DNA of 24,000 bases from Aquirufa salirivi (GTDB taxonomy: Bacteria > Bacteroidota > Bacteroidia > Cytophagales > Spirosomataceae): contig NZ_JBEWZH010000006.1 of assembly GCF_045310485.1 (NCBI RefSeq), positions 38,785 to 62,784 of the forward strand, read 5' to 3'. This document shows positions 9,656 through 18,467 of this stretch, one piece after another. Numbering within the stretch: position 1 is the first letter of the stretch; each line of letters opens with the position of its first letter. The notes beneath the pieces were generated by a model. That model saw only the letters and a program-made list of their open reading frames with translations. It ran no database searches and was not told the origin of the DNA. Position numbers and translations under genes: made by a program.

Positions 9656-9664
9656 AAGGGTCAA

Positions 9665-10321
9665 TTATTTTTTATGATTTCTTGGATTGAAATTCCGATT
9701 GTTTCTGAAGTTTTTTCTGTAATTATTTCCACCACGGTTATTACTTGGGCCGTTTGGATATTCAGGTGCATTGTATGCATTCCGGGCATTATTGGCTACT
9801 TTGGCATGACCTAAACCTTCTTGAGACAATTCATCAACAATAGAACCTAAAAGGTTTTCAGACATTTCTTTGATGTTTTGCCAAATGACCTGATCGTCTA
9901 CCGTGTCTTTATTCCAAGTAACATAAAAACCTTTCATTAAACGAGCAATGTAGGCAACTAGGATTTTTTTATCCTCCATTTTTTGTTCGGCAATAGCCCG
10001 AAGAATTAACAATTCTACGTTACGACCATAATGTTTGAACTTCAAATGGTGTTGGTTGTAATTGACTTTTTTCGGTGCTTTACCTACTGATTCAGGTGAG
10101 GGAGGAGGGTAAGGTCCTTGTACATCCAATTGGAAGTTGGACATGATGTACAAGTCATCCCAAAGTTTTTTGGAATAATCCTGACTATTATCCTTCATCC
10201 CCGGATGTATCTGTTTCATGAGTTCAATCATGAGGAAAGCATATTTGGTTCTTTTCTCTCGATCTTGAATCGTCAGAATGTAGTTGACCAATTTTTGTAC
10301 ACTAGACCCGTATTCTTTCAT
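9665..10321 (-). CDS. DUF4290-family protein with an Asn/Arg-rich C-terminal tail
   Basis: 218 aa. The position immediately upstream of murA is typical of Bacteroidota DUF4290 genes. The C-terminal low-complexity segment is NNRGGNNYRKNFRNNRNFNPRNHKK. Family assignment is from memory of the synteny, not from a search. Confidence 0.65.
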   Translation of the reverse strand: MKEYGSSVQKLVNYILTIQDREKRTKYAFLMIELMKQIHPGMKDNSQDYSKKLWDDLYIMSNFQLDVQGPYPPPSPESVGKAPKKVNYNQHHLKFKHYGRNVELLILRAIAEQKMEDKKILVAYIARLMKGFYVTWNKDTVDDQVIWQNIKEMSENLLGSIVDELSQEGLGHAKVANNARNAYNAPEYPNGPSNNRGGNNYRKNFRNNRNFNPRNHKK

Positions 10322-10336
10322 AATGTTGTGTCAATC

Positions 10337-10714
10337 TTAATTACTAAATACCAATCGCATCCAAAGATGAGGAAAGGAAATAAGGCAAAAAACAAAGGCT
10401 GCCCAAATTGCCATGACTAAAACGGCACCAGCTGCGAAATCCTTTGCTTTTTTGGCCAAAGGATGATGTTCAGGTGCTACCATATTTGTGATATTTTCTA
10501 AGGCTGAATTAATCAATTCTGCCATCCAAACGCCCGCAATAGCTAAACTAATCCAAAGCCATTCAATGGCCATAAAGCCTAAGTTCATCCCTACGACTAT
10601 GACTAAGATTGTAGAAGCGAGGTGAATTTTAGCATTGTTTTCTTCCTTAATCAAGGTAATGATACCTGACCAAGCAATGGAAATACTGCGAAAAGCTTTG
10701 GCTATATTGAACAT
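10337..10714 (-). CDS. dgkA: Diacylglycerol/undecaprenol kinase family membrane protein
   Basis: 125 aa with three hydrophobic segments. DgkA-like motifs ELINSALENI and AKDFAAGAVL. Confidence 0.78.
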   Translation of the reverse strand: MFNIAKAFRSISIAWSGIITLIKEENNAKIHLASTILVIVVGMNLGFMAIEWLWISLAIAGVWMAELINSALENITNMVAPEHHPLAKKAKDFAAGAVLVMAIWAAFVFCLISFPHLWMRLVFSN

Positions 10715-10715
10715 A

Positions 10716-12146
10716 TTAAAATTCTGCCGATTTAGGTGTTCTAGGGAATGGAATAACGTCGCGAATGTTGCTCATGCCGGTTACAAATAATACTAAACGC
10801 TCAAAACCTAAGCCGAAGCCAGCATGAGGGGCAGAGCCAAACTGCCTAGTTTGCAAGTACCACCAAATGGAATTTTCTTCGATACCCACGTCTTTCGTGC
10901 GTTGAAGTAGTTTTTCGTAATCATCTTCCCTTTGTGATCCTCCAATGATTTCACCAATACCCGGAAACAAAACGTCCATAGCACGAACCGTTTTACCGTC
11001 ATCTTCTAATTTCATGTAGAAGGCTTTGATTTCTTTCGGGTAATGAGTTAATATAACCGGCTTTTTGAAATGTTTTTCTACCAAATAACGCTCATGCTCA
11101 CTTTGTAAGTCGATACCCCATTCCACAGGATAATTGAATTTCCCCTGTTTGTGAGCTTTAGATTGCAATAAAATGTCAATGGCTTCGGTATAAGTTAATC
11201 GTTCAAACGTATTTTCAGATACAAATCTCAATTTCTCAGAAAGAGTCATCTCCGATTGCTCTTCTTTTTTCTTCATTTTTTCCTCATCCAACAAGCGTTT
11301 TTCAAGGAAAGCAATATCATCAGCACAATTTTCTAAGGCATAACGAATCAAACTTTTAGTGAAGTCTTCTGCCAAATTCATGTTGTCAATCAATTCAAAA
11401 AATGCCATTTCCGGCTCCACCATCCAAAATTCAGCGAGGTGACGTGTCGTATTGGAGTTTTCAGCACGGAAAGTGGGTCCAAAAGTGTAAATTTTTGAAA
11501 GCGCCATAGCACCTAATTCCCCTTCTAATTGTCCAGAAACCGTTAAATTGGTTTCTTTTCCAAAAAAGTCTTCCTTGTAATCAATTTTACCTTCTTCTGT
11601 CAAAGGAGGATTGATGGCCGGTAAAGTAGTTACTCTAAACATTTCTCCAGCTCCTTCTGCATCAGAGCCAGTAATAATAGGCGTGTGCAAATAAAAGAAA
11701 CCATGATCATTGAAATATTGATGTATGGCAAAGGCTAAAGCATGACGAATACGTAAAATGGCCGAAAAAGTATTGGTTCTAGGACGAAGATGAGCAATCT
11801 CACGTAAAAATTCTAAGGAGTGTTTTTTCGGCTGTAAAGGGTATTTTTCAGGATCAGCAGTTCCGTAAACTTGGATAGAAATCACTTGAACTTCTACGGA
11901 TTGGCCTTGTCCTTGCGAAGGAATCAACATTCCTGTTATAGCAATGCATGAACCGGTAGTCACTAATTTCAAGGTCTCTTCTGAAACAACACCGTCAGAA
12001 ACTACAGCTTGAATATTATGAATGGTAGACCCATCGTTCATCGCGATGAATGCTACAGATGAAGATACACGTTTGGTACGAACCCAACCTTTTACCGTGA
12101 CCATTTGTTGGTTCGGGGATTGAAGCAGTAATTCTTTAATTTGCAT
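10716..12146 (-). CDS. asnS: Asparagine--tRNA ligase
   Basis: 476 aa class IIb aaRS. It has an N-terminal OB anticodon-binding domain, motif 2 ([21 protein letters not shown]) and the AsnRS-type C-terminus [27 protein letters not shown]. Confidence 0.92.
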   Translation of the reverse strand: MQIKELLLQSPNQQMVTVKGWVRTKRVSSSVAFIAMNDGSTIHNIQAVVSDGVVSEETLKLVTTGSCIAITGMLIPSQGQGQSVEVQVISIQVYGTADPEKYPLQPKKHSLEFLREIAHLRPRTNTFSAILRIRHALAFAIHQYFNDHGFFYLHTPIITGSDAEGAGEMFRVTTLPAINPPLTEEGKIDYKEDFFGKETNLTVSGQLEGELGAMALSKIYTFGPTFRAENSNTTRHLAEFWMVEPEMAFFELIDNMNLAEDFTKSLIRYALENCADDIAFLEKRLLDEEKMKKKEEQSEMTLSEKLRFVSENTFERLTYTEAIDILLQSKAHKQGKFNYPVEWGIDLQSEHERYLVEKHFKKPVILTHYPKEIKAFYMKLEDDGKTVRAMDVLFPGIGEIIGGSQREDDYEKLLQRTKDVGIEENSIWWYLQTRQFGSAPHAGFGLGFERLVLFVTGMSNIRDVIPFPRTPKSAEF

Positions 12147-12190
12147 ATAAATAAATGGTCAAATGGCCCCCAATTGGGGCAAACTAGTCT

Positions 12191-12198
12191 CAAAATTA
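12191..12198 (-). promoter_or_regulatory. Candidate -7 box (TAATTTTG on the minus strand) for the asnS operon
   Basis: The reverse complement of 12191-12198 matches TAnnTTTG, 44 nt upstream of the asnS ATG. The palindrome CCCCAATTGGGG (12168-12179) would lie in the leader. Confidence 0.25.
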
Positions 12199-12271
12199 CG
12201 TACAAAAAACGGAATAATTTTATTTATTTATGAATTACAAGTATTTTTAAAAACAGGCCATCAAATCAGCG

Positions 12272-12279
12272 TATATTTG
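12272..12279 (+). promoter_or_regulatory. Candidate -7 box (TATATTTG) for rpoN
   Basis: Matches TAnnTTTG and ends 17 nt upstream of the rpoN ATG at 12297. Confidence 0.3.
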
Positions 12280-12296
12280 TTTAATAGATTATAGAT

Positions 12297-13736
12297 ATGC
12301 AGGGATTATCACTCAAAATTTCTCAGCAACAGCGCCTTTCTCCACAACAAATTCAGTTTGTTAAATTGCTTCAAATACCTACTGCAGAATTGGCAGCTAG
12401 GATCGAGGAGGAATTGGAGGAGAATCCGGCTTTGGAAGAAGGTGTAGAAATTCGGGACTCGGATGAATTCGATGAAAAGGAAAGAGAGACTGTCGAGGAT
12501 TTAGAGCGGGAGGAATTGGAGATTGGCGATTATTTACAAGATGATTATGCGGGCTATAAAATGGCTGGCGATTCTTATGATTTCAATGAGGAGTCAAAGG
12601 AAAGACCTATGGCTACCGCGGCTAGTGCAGAGGAATATTTGTTGATGCAAATAGGTTTTGTGTTAAAAGATGAGCGGGAAGAAATGATTGCCCATCAATT
12701 GATAGGTTCCCTAGAAGAGGATGGTTATTTGAGAAGGAATATTGAAAGTATTGTCAATGATTTAGCTTTCACCCAGGGATTTAATACCGATTTTGTGGAG
12801 GTTGAAAATATATTGAAAAAAATCCAGGCATTAGATCCAGCGGGGATTGGGGCGAGAGATTTGCAAGAATGTTTATCCATTCAATTGCATCGACGAGAGT
12901 CAGACCACCCTACTTGTTTATTGGCTATTCGTTTGATTGATGAGTACTTTGAGGAGTTTTCAAAAAAGCATTTTGTTCAGTTGCAGCAAAAATTAGGTAT
13001 AGATGAAAGTGAATTAAAAAAGGCTATTAACCTAATCAAGCGCCTAAACCCTAAACCAGGGGGGGCAGAAGGAGGAAATTTAGCGCCATATTTACAACCC
13101 GATTTTGTCGTGACCAATCAACATGGAAAATTGGATATTAAGTTGAATGGAAAAAATGCCCCTGAACTACGAGTTAGTAAATCATTCCAGGAGATGTTAC
13201 AAACCTATGATCAAGGAAATAAGCAGCAAAAAGAGATTAAAGAGGCTGTCACCTTTATCAAACATAAATTAGATGCCGCTTCTTGGTTTATACAAGCCAT
13301 TCAACAAAGGCAAGGGACATTGCTGAAAACGATGCATAGTATTGTGACTCAACAATACGATTTCTTTCTGACGGGAGATGATTCAAGTTTGAAGCCGATG
13401 AAGATGAAGGAAATAGCGGCATTGATTGAGATGGATGTTTCCACGGTTTCTAGGGTTGTTTCTGCGAAGTCGGTACAAACAGATTTTGGTATATACCCTT
13501 TAAAGTATTTCTTTTCTGAAGGAATTACTCATGAATCTGGGGAGGATGTTTCTACGAGAGAAGTGAAAAATATATTGAGGGATATCATTGAACAAGAACC
13601 TGCACATGAGCCTTATCCAGATGAAACCTTAGAATTACTTTTAGCGGAAAAGGGCTTTGTGGTCAAACGCCGTACCGTTGCTAAATACCGAGAGCAACTG
13701 GGTATACCGGTAGCGAGACTTAGAAAGAAATTATAA
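12297..13736 (+). CDS. rpoN: RNA polymerase sigma-54 factor
   Basis: Gln/Leu-rich region I (LKISQQQRLSPQQIQFVKLLQ), an acidic region II, and a C-terminal HTH plus RpoN box (RRTVAKYREQLGIP). Confidence 0.93.
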   Translation: MQGLSLKISQQQRLSPQQIQFVKLLQIPTAELAARIEEELEENPALEEGVEIRDSDEFDEKERETVEDLEREELEIGDYLQDDYAGYKMAGDSYDFNEESKERPMATAASAEEYLLMQIGFVLKDEREEMIAHQLIGSLEEDGYLRRNIESIVNDLAFTQGFNTDFVEVENILKKIQALDPAGIGARDLQECLSIQLHRRESDHPTCLLAIRLIDEYFEEFSKKHFVQLQQKLGIDESELKKAINLIKRLNPKPGGAEGGNLAPYLQPDFVVTNQHGKLDIKLNGKNAPELRVSKSFQEMLQTYDQGNKQQKEIKEAVTFIKHKLDAASWFIQAIQQRQGTLLKTMHSIVTQQYDFFLTGDDSSLKPMKMKEIAALIEMDVSTVSRVVSAKSVQTDFGIYPLKYFFSEGITHESGEDVSTREVKNILRDIIEQEPAHEPYPDETLELLLAEKGFVVKRRTVAKYREQLGIPVARLRKKL

Positions 13737-13784
13737 TTTGTAAATTATAATTTATAAATTTTTTAGTTTTCGATTTTAGTTATC

Positions 13785-14126
13785 CTACCTTTCTTTGAGA
13801 GTTTTTAATATTCTTGCAATAAGGTAATAGATAGATTTTGCTTCAGCAAATACAGTAGGCTCAACATGTAAATTGATTGATTCTAGCAATTCAAGCCAAT
13901 AAATGGTTTCATTTATTTCTTTTTGTGCAATACTAAGTTTATGAATAAAATCTGCTTTTGATTCAGCATGCTGAGCTTCTCGAACCATTGCTCCAACACT
14001 AGTACCAGACTTTAATAATTGATTTGTCAAAGTATATTCGCGATTTGATTCTTGAATTGCTTTGCAAACCGATATGATGGATTTAGCAAATTCAAATGTT
14101 TTAAATTTTAGGATATTGTTTTTCAT
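13785..14126 (-). CDS. Four-helix-bundle protein (23S rRNA intervening-sequence protein family)
   Basis: 113 aa, all-helical. Family-typical motifs are LTNQLLKSGTSVGAMVREAQHAESKADFIHKLSIAQKEINETIYWLELL. It is transcribed opposite to both neighbours. Confidence 0.75.
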   Translation of the reverse strand: MKNNILKFKTFEFAKSIISVCKAIQESNREYTLTNQLLKSGTSVGAMVREAQHAESKADFIHKLSIAQKEINETIYWLELLESINLHVEPTVFAEAKSIYYLIARILKTLKER

Positions 14127-14339
14127 GTATAATGGTTAGATTTAGTGAATTAAGGTTCAAAATACGTGTCTAATTTAAATGCACAAAAGAATGAAGCGAT
14201 ATTATCAAATGTCTTATATTCATATATGGAAATAAACTTTAATACTAATCAAGTATAAATGACATAAAACGGTCAACCTATATCAGGACAAGACATTTAC
14301 AATTCATCATTTATAATTTATAATTCATAATTCACTCCC

Positions 14340-15119
14340 ATGTCTTCTTACCACTTTCTCAGCCTTAGTCAATTGAATGGAGTTTGGACAATCCATTTAA
14401 AACGTCCAGAAGTGTACAATGCATTAAATGCAGGTTTGATTCATGAGATTCGAGATGTAGCTGAAAAAGCCAAGGCTTCCGAATCTGCTCGAGTTTTGGT
14501 CATTACAGGAGATGGAAAAGCATTTTGCTCTGGGGCCGATTTAAAGTCAGGAGCCAGTGATTCAGATTTAGGAGCGGTATTGCGTGCGACATATAATCCG
14601 ATGATTTTGGCATTAAGAGGATTGGATAAGCCGGTCATTGGGGCAATTAATGGTCCTGCAGCTGGAGCGGGATGTTCTTTGGCATTAGCCTGTGACTACA
14701 TAATAGCGAAGGAAGGAGCATATTTTGCGGAGTTATTTGTGCAGATAGGTTTGACTTTAGATGCGGGGAGTACAGCCTTTTTAATGCAGTCATTAGGTTA
14801 TCATAAGGCATTTGAGTTAGCTGCAACGGCAAAAAAAATCTCAGCCAATGAAGCAAAAGTATGGGGATTAGTGGCAGAAGTGGTTTCAGAAGAAAATTGG
14901 GAGAAACGGGTCCAGACTATTGGAGATGAATTTGCCCAACGACCGACCTTGGCCTTAGCCCTGATAAAAAGAGAATTACAAAGGGCTCACCATCAGGATT
15001 TAGCAACCGTTTTAGAAATGGAAGCAGAAGCACAGCGACAAGCCGGGTATTCCAAAGATTTCAAAGAAGGTGTTACTTCATTTCTTGAGAAACGTGCGCC
15101 TAAATTTGTAGGCAAGTGA
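14340..15119 (+). CDS. Enoyl-CoA hydratase/isomerase (crotonase superfamily)
   Basis: 259 aa. Crotonase oxyanion-hole motifs are GKAFCSGADLK and INGPAAGAGCSLALACD. Substrate specificity cannot be assigned. Confidence 0.85.
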   Translation: MSSYHFLSLSQLNGVWTIHLKRPEVYNALNAGLIHEIRDVAEKAKASESARVLVITGDGKAFCSGADLKSGASDSDLGAVLRATYNPMILALRGLDKPVIGAINGPAAGAGCSLALACDYIIAKEGAYFAELFVQIGLTLDAGSTAFLMQSLGYHKAFELAATAKKISANEAKVWGLVAEVVSEENWEKRVQTIGDEFAQRPTLALALIKRELQRAHHQDLATVLEMEAEAQRQAGYSKDFKEGVTSFLEKRAPKFVGK

Positions 15120-15178
15120 AAATTGGAATAAAATTGATTTTTTTTCAGCAAGGTCTTTTCATATTCCCAAAGAAATTC

Positions 15179-15186
15179 TACCTTTG
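15179..15186 (+). promoter_or_regulatory. Candidate -7 box (TACCTTTG) for tRNA-Arg
   Basis: Matches TAnnTTTG and ends 18 nt upstream of the first tRNA nucleotide (15205). Confidence 0.35.
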
Positions 15187-15204
15187 CAGTCCCGAATGGG
15201 AATT

Positions 15205-15278
15205 GGTTGCGTAGCTCAATTGGATAGAGCATCTCACTACGGATGAGAAGGTTTGGGGTTCGAATCCCTACGCGACCA
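15205..15278 (+). tRNA. tRNA-Arg (anticodon ACG)
   Basis: Hand-folded 74-nt cloverleaf. Acceptor stem GGTTGCG/CGCGACC (one G-U), D arm GCTC-AATTGGATA-GAGC, anticodon arm TCTCA-CTACGGA-TGAGA, variable loop AGGTT, T arm TGGGG-TTCGAAT-CCCTA, discriminator A. CCA is not encoded. Confidence 0.9.
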
Positions 15279-15293
15279 CTTAAATTAGATTGG

Positions 15294-15333
15294 ATAGCCT
15301 GTGAATCATTGATTTACAGGCTATTTTGATTTT
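15294..15333 (+). terminator. Rho-independent terminator after tRNA-Arg
   Basis: 14-bp stem (15294-15307 / 15311-15324, one G-U) with loop ATT, followed by TTTGATTTT. It also faces the 3' end of the convergent nucleotidyltransferase gene. Confidence 0.6.
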
Positions 15334-15385
15334 AGGGTAACGTACAAGTTTAAGGTAGTAAAGTTTCTTCATTCTAAAGAAATTC

Positions 15386-16579
15386 TCATTCTTTTTTAAT
15401 TAATCGTTTTAGTAACAAAAAACTAGAATTTAAAAAACCCGAGAATGAATAAGCATTTGGATAATGATCCATTCGTTTTAATGTTTTAAAATATTTTAGA
15501 TAGACTATTATATGTTTGAAATAAGCGAAATCTTTATCTTGAAATTGGGTTGTTAAATATAAATGTCTTAACGTTAAAGCTCTATTACTACCCCAGTAGG
15601 AGGCTTTTTCCCATTCCTTAACGATTAAATCAATTTTAGAGCAATCAAAGTTATCCAAGTAATTATCTAAAATGGGCGGTAATTTGTAATCTAAATAAGA
15701 TTTCAAGATGGATAAAGCATTTTTGAATGCTGTTGTTAATCTGTAATCATCAACTAGTGATATAACTAATTCCCAATTGATTTTTTTATCATATTGATAC
15801 ATGAATGCATGAAAGTCTTGAATGTGTCTTAGTCTAAACCAAGATTCTTTTCCTCCATGGTGTGCTAATAACATCCAAAATAAGCCTTCTGAATTAAGCT
15901 GTTGAGTTTCAATGCCATTAAATTTCAATTTTTCGGTTAAATCAAATACTCGATCTATTAATGGTTTTTTCTCTTGATACTTTTGATAAAAAAAGTGCTG
16001 AAATAAATCCCAATGAAAATCTAGATTTATGATTCCTTTTTGTAAATGAATTTCATTGTGTAAACTTTGATTGACAATTAACTCTTTTAAATCTTCAGGA
16101 AGAATATTTAGATGGCTAAGATTAGGTGAATTGATTCTGTAACCATCTTGAAGTAAAATTTCTAATCCTTGGATAAGATGTTTTTTTTCAATTAGAACAT
16201 CTAAATCTGAAGTAGTTCGTACTTGTTTGTTTTGATATATCCCTTGAATCAAGATATTTCCCTTTAATACCAATAAGGGAATCTGATGTTCTGAAAATAG
16301 TTTTAAAAGTCGAGTTGTCTCCGCGGCATATTGCAAATTTTTAACAACTTGCTGAGCCATAAATAATTTCACCTCAGTTCGGATGCTCTCAGCCATGAAT
16401 TTTTCCTTTCTTTCATAGGAAAATATAAGCGCTTGAATTCCGTGATAACGATACAATTTTGATAATCTACCCGTATCGTAGGGTAAATCAGTAAAAATAG
16501 GTGCAAATCCTTCCTGTTCAAATTGATTTGTGATTGCCTGGATAAGTATGTCTAATTCGGGGGAAAACTCTTTTTTCAT
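15386..16579 (-). CDS. Nucleotidyltransferase-family protein (PF14907-like), putative lasso-peptide tailoring enzyme
   Basis: About 397 aa. It shows the pattern seen in 'uncharacterised nucleotidyltransferase' proteins: LLVLKGNIL...RTTSDLDVLI...DFHWDL. The start is set to the ATG at 16579, which overlaps the ABC stop in TGATG. Family call is by recollection of the motif pattern. Confidence 0.6.
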   Translation of the reverse strand: MKKEFSPELDILIQAITNQFEQEGFAPIFTDLPYDTGRLSKLYRYHGIQALIFSYERKEKFMAESIRTEVKLFMAQQVVKNLQYAAETTRLLKLFSEHQIPLLVLKGNILIQGIYQNKQVRTTSDLDVLIEKKHLIQGLEILLQDGYRINSPNLSHLNILPEDLKELIVNQSLHNEIHLQKGIINLDFHWDLFQHFFYQKYQEKKPLIDRVFDLTEKLKFNGIETQQLNSEGLFWMLLAHHGGKESWFRLRHIQDFHAFMYQYDKKINWELVISLVDDYRLTTAFKNALSILKSYLDYKLPPILDNYLDNFDCSKIDLIVKEWEKASYWGSNRALTLRHLYLTTQFQDKDFAYFKHIIVYLKYFKTLKRMDHYPNAYSFSGFLNSSFLLLKRLIKKE

Positions 16580-18342
16580 CACACCAGTTGTTGGTCATAT
16601 AGTTGTTTGAATAGGCCATTCTTGTTTTTTAACTCATGAAAGCTTCCCTTTTCTACAATTTTGCCTTCATCCATGACATAGATATAATCAGCTAGTTTTA
16701 GGTTGTAAAGTCGATGTGTAATAATAATGGTCGCTCTATGAGCAGCTATTTTTTTAAAATTTTGAAATATGGTTGCTTCTGAAATGGCATCCAATGCACT
16801 AGTGGGTTCATCTAAGACAATGAGATGAGCTGGTCTATAAAAAGCTCTAGCGATGGCTAATTTCTGCCATTGGCCTCCACTGATCTGTTCGCCACCTGCA
16901 AAAATTTTCCCTAATCTCGTCTCATATGATTGTGGAAGTTGTTGGATGAATTCGTCAGCGTCCGCTAATCGTGCAGCTTCTTGGATTGCCTCCATATCGA
17001 TAGGCTGATCTAAATTGCCCATGGCAATAATTTCTTTGATTTGTAAAAAGTATTTTTCAAAATCTTGAAAGACAAATAGGCTGTTTTGCTTAAATTGGTC
17101 AGCATTTAATTCCTGATAGCGATGACCATTCCAAGTGATTTCACCTTGACTTGGACTATATAATCCAGCTAGTAGTTTGATTAAAGTCGTCTTTCCTGCT
17201 CCATTCATCCCTACAATAGCAATAGTTTGACCTATCTGACAGGTTAGATTAATCTGTTCTAATGTTTTTCGAGTTGATCCTGGATATTGGAAATCTACAT
17301 GCTTAATTTCTAGGCCTTGTCCTGTATTTTCCATTGGTATTGTTCCATGGATAGGTTTATCCCGATCCAATGTGAGGAATTGGTTAAAATCTTGTATGAA
17401 TCGACGCTGTTGGAATAACTGGAGTAATGAATTTAATAGATTTTTTAGGGTACTTTGAATTCTTTGAATACCCTGGATATATACGATGAATAAACTTATA
17501 CCAATGGATTGTGTAAAAGCCATTTGAGCTAGTTCGTACAGAATATAAAACAAGATGGACAATTCAAGTAGTTCTGTCAAAAAACCTAAACTGATTAACT
17601 TCATTTGAAGCGAATTCTTTTTAAGGAAAATGAAGGTTTTTATTTCCTTTAAACGACTTAGAAGATAAGTTCCAAAATTGAGTGTTCGCAATTCTTTGGC
17701 ATAAGCGCTGCCTGTCAGTAAATGTATTAAATAATAAGACTCTCTTTCTTTGCTAACTAATTGTTTATCAAGTCGATGTAAAGCAAAACCTGAATACCAT
17801 TTGATCATGCTTAATGGAGCAGCGACAAATAATATTAACCACGCATAAGTTTTGATAAGGGTAAAAAAATAGAACATTAGTACGGTAAAAGTCAACAATT
17901 GCGTCAAGAATGATTTGAAGTTTTGGTAAATCAAAGGCAGATTTTGTTGTGATTGTTGCTGCGCTATATGTAAGGAGTCTTGATATTGGGCTTCTTCGTA
18001 ATACGTATAGGGTATTGCGATAGCCTTGTTTAAAATTTTATAAACGATTTCATTCGTTATTTTTTGCTCTTGAATAAATGAAATGTAGTTATCTACGTTA
18101 GTTAATAATGATTGAAAAATTTGTAATACAATCAATAGTGCAATCCAAGTTAAAATAGAATTAAAACTAGTCTGAGAAAGGTGGTTAAAATGATCAAATA
18201 TGTTTTTAGTTACAAATAAAAGTGCCGTTGGAATCAAAGCTGAAATCACAGCTATTAGAAACTGGAATAGCGTATTCTTCTTATTTAATCCAAATAATAG
18301 CTTATAAACCAGTAAGAAATCTCGAATGATGTTGAATTTCAA
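16579..18342 (-). CDS. ABC transporter, fused permease/ATPase (lasso peptide exporter, D-type)
   Basis: 587 aa. The N-terminal TM domain is followed by Walker A GMNGAGKTT, signature ISGGQWQK, Walker B LIVLDEPTS and H-loop ITHRL. Only a TTG start (18342) is available; the first in-frame ATG is codon 156. Confidence 0.85.
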   Translation of the reverse strand: MKFNIIRDFLLVYKLLFGLNKKNTLFQFLIAVISALIPTALLFVTKNIFDHFNHLSQTSFNSILTWIALLIVLQIFQSLLTNVDNYISFIQEQKITNEIVYKILNKAIAIPYTYYEEAQYQDSLHIAQQQSQQNLPLIYQNFKSFLTQLLTFTVLMFYFFTLIKTYAWLILFVAAPLSMIKWYSGFALHRLDKQLVSKERESYYLIHLLTGSAYAKELRTLNFGTYLLSRLKEIKTFIFLKKNSLQMKLISLGFLTELLELSILFYILYELAQMAFTQSIGISLFIVYIQGIQRIQSTLKNLLNSLLQLFQQRRFIQDFNQFLTLDRDKPIHGTIPMENTGQGLEIKHVDFQYPGSTRKTLEQINLTCQIGQTIAIVGMNGAGKTTLIKLLAGLYSPSQGEITWNGHRYQELNADQFKQNSLFVFQDFEKYFLQIKEIIAMGNLDQPIDMEAIQEAARLADADEFIQQLPQSYETRLGKIFAGGEQISGGQWQKLAIARAFYRPAHLIVLDEPTSALDAISEATIFQNFKKIAAHRATIIITHRLYNLKLADYIYVMDEGKIVEKGSFHELKNKNGLFKQLYDQQLV

Positions 18343-18366
18343 TAGTGAACAGATTTGTTTGTTTTA

Positions 18367-18374
18367 CAAAGCTA
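18367..18374 (-). promoter_or_regulatory. Candidate -7 box (TAGCTTTG on the minus strand) for the ABC/nucleotidyltransferase operon
   Basis: The reverse complement matches TAnnTTTG, 24 nt upstream of the TTG start at 18342. Confidence 0.3.
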
Positions 18375-18437
18375 TCTTATGTCATTGATTTATCTACAAT
18401 CATGATAGATATTCATTCATATATTTGATATTATCAT

Positions 18438-18445
18438 TAGTTTTG
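18438..18445 (+). promoter_or_regulatory. Candidate -7 box (TAGTTTTG) for the kinase-sulfotransferase-B1-B2 operon
   Basis: Matches TAnnTTTG and ends 22 nt upstream of the ATG at 18468. A second match, TATATTTG, lies at 18420-18427. Confidence 0.3.
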
Positions 18446-18467
18446 TAGAATAAATTTAACCTGTTCC

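Noticed and set aside
9665-9790. Asn/Arg/Gly-rich C-terminal tail of the DUF4290 protein, considered as a possible RNA-binding RGG-like module or a frameshifted extension
   Set aside because: The frame is continuous with the conserved N-terminal part and stops 9 nt before murA. Low-complexity tails are common, and there is no further evidence for a distinct function.
8920-11002. ORFs 8920-9132 (+), 10118-10420 (+) and 10808-11002 (-) overlapping murA, DUF4290/dgkA and asnS
   Set aside because: They are nested in or antisense to genes with strong family motifs. They have no motifs of their own.
14441-15232. Minus-strand ORFs 14441-14638, 14647-14856 and 14993-15232
   Set aside because: The first two are antisense to the crotonase gene. 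The third runs across the intergenic promoter and into tRNA-Arg, so it is incompatible with the tRNA.
15302-15316. Exact 15-mer TGAATCATTGATTTA here and, in reverse complement, at 20977-20991. One copy is in the tRNA terminator and the other beside the 50-aa ORF stop, so I considered them as possible island or att repeats.
   Set aside because: For about 48 kb of two-strand sequence the expected number of chance 15-mer matches is about one even at uniform composition, and more in AT-rich DNA. The positions do not bracket the cluster.
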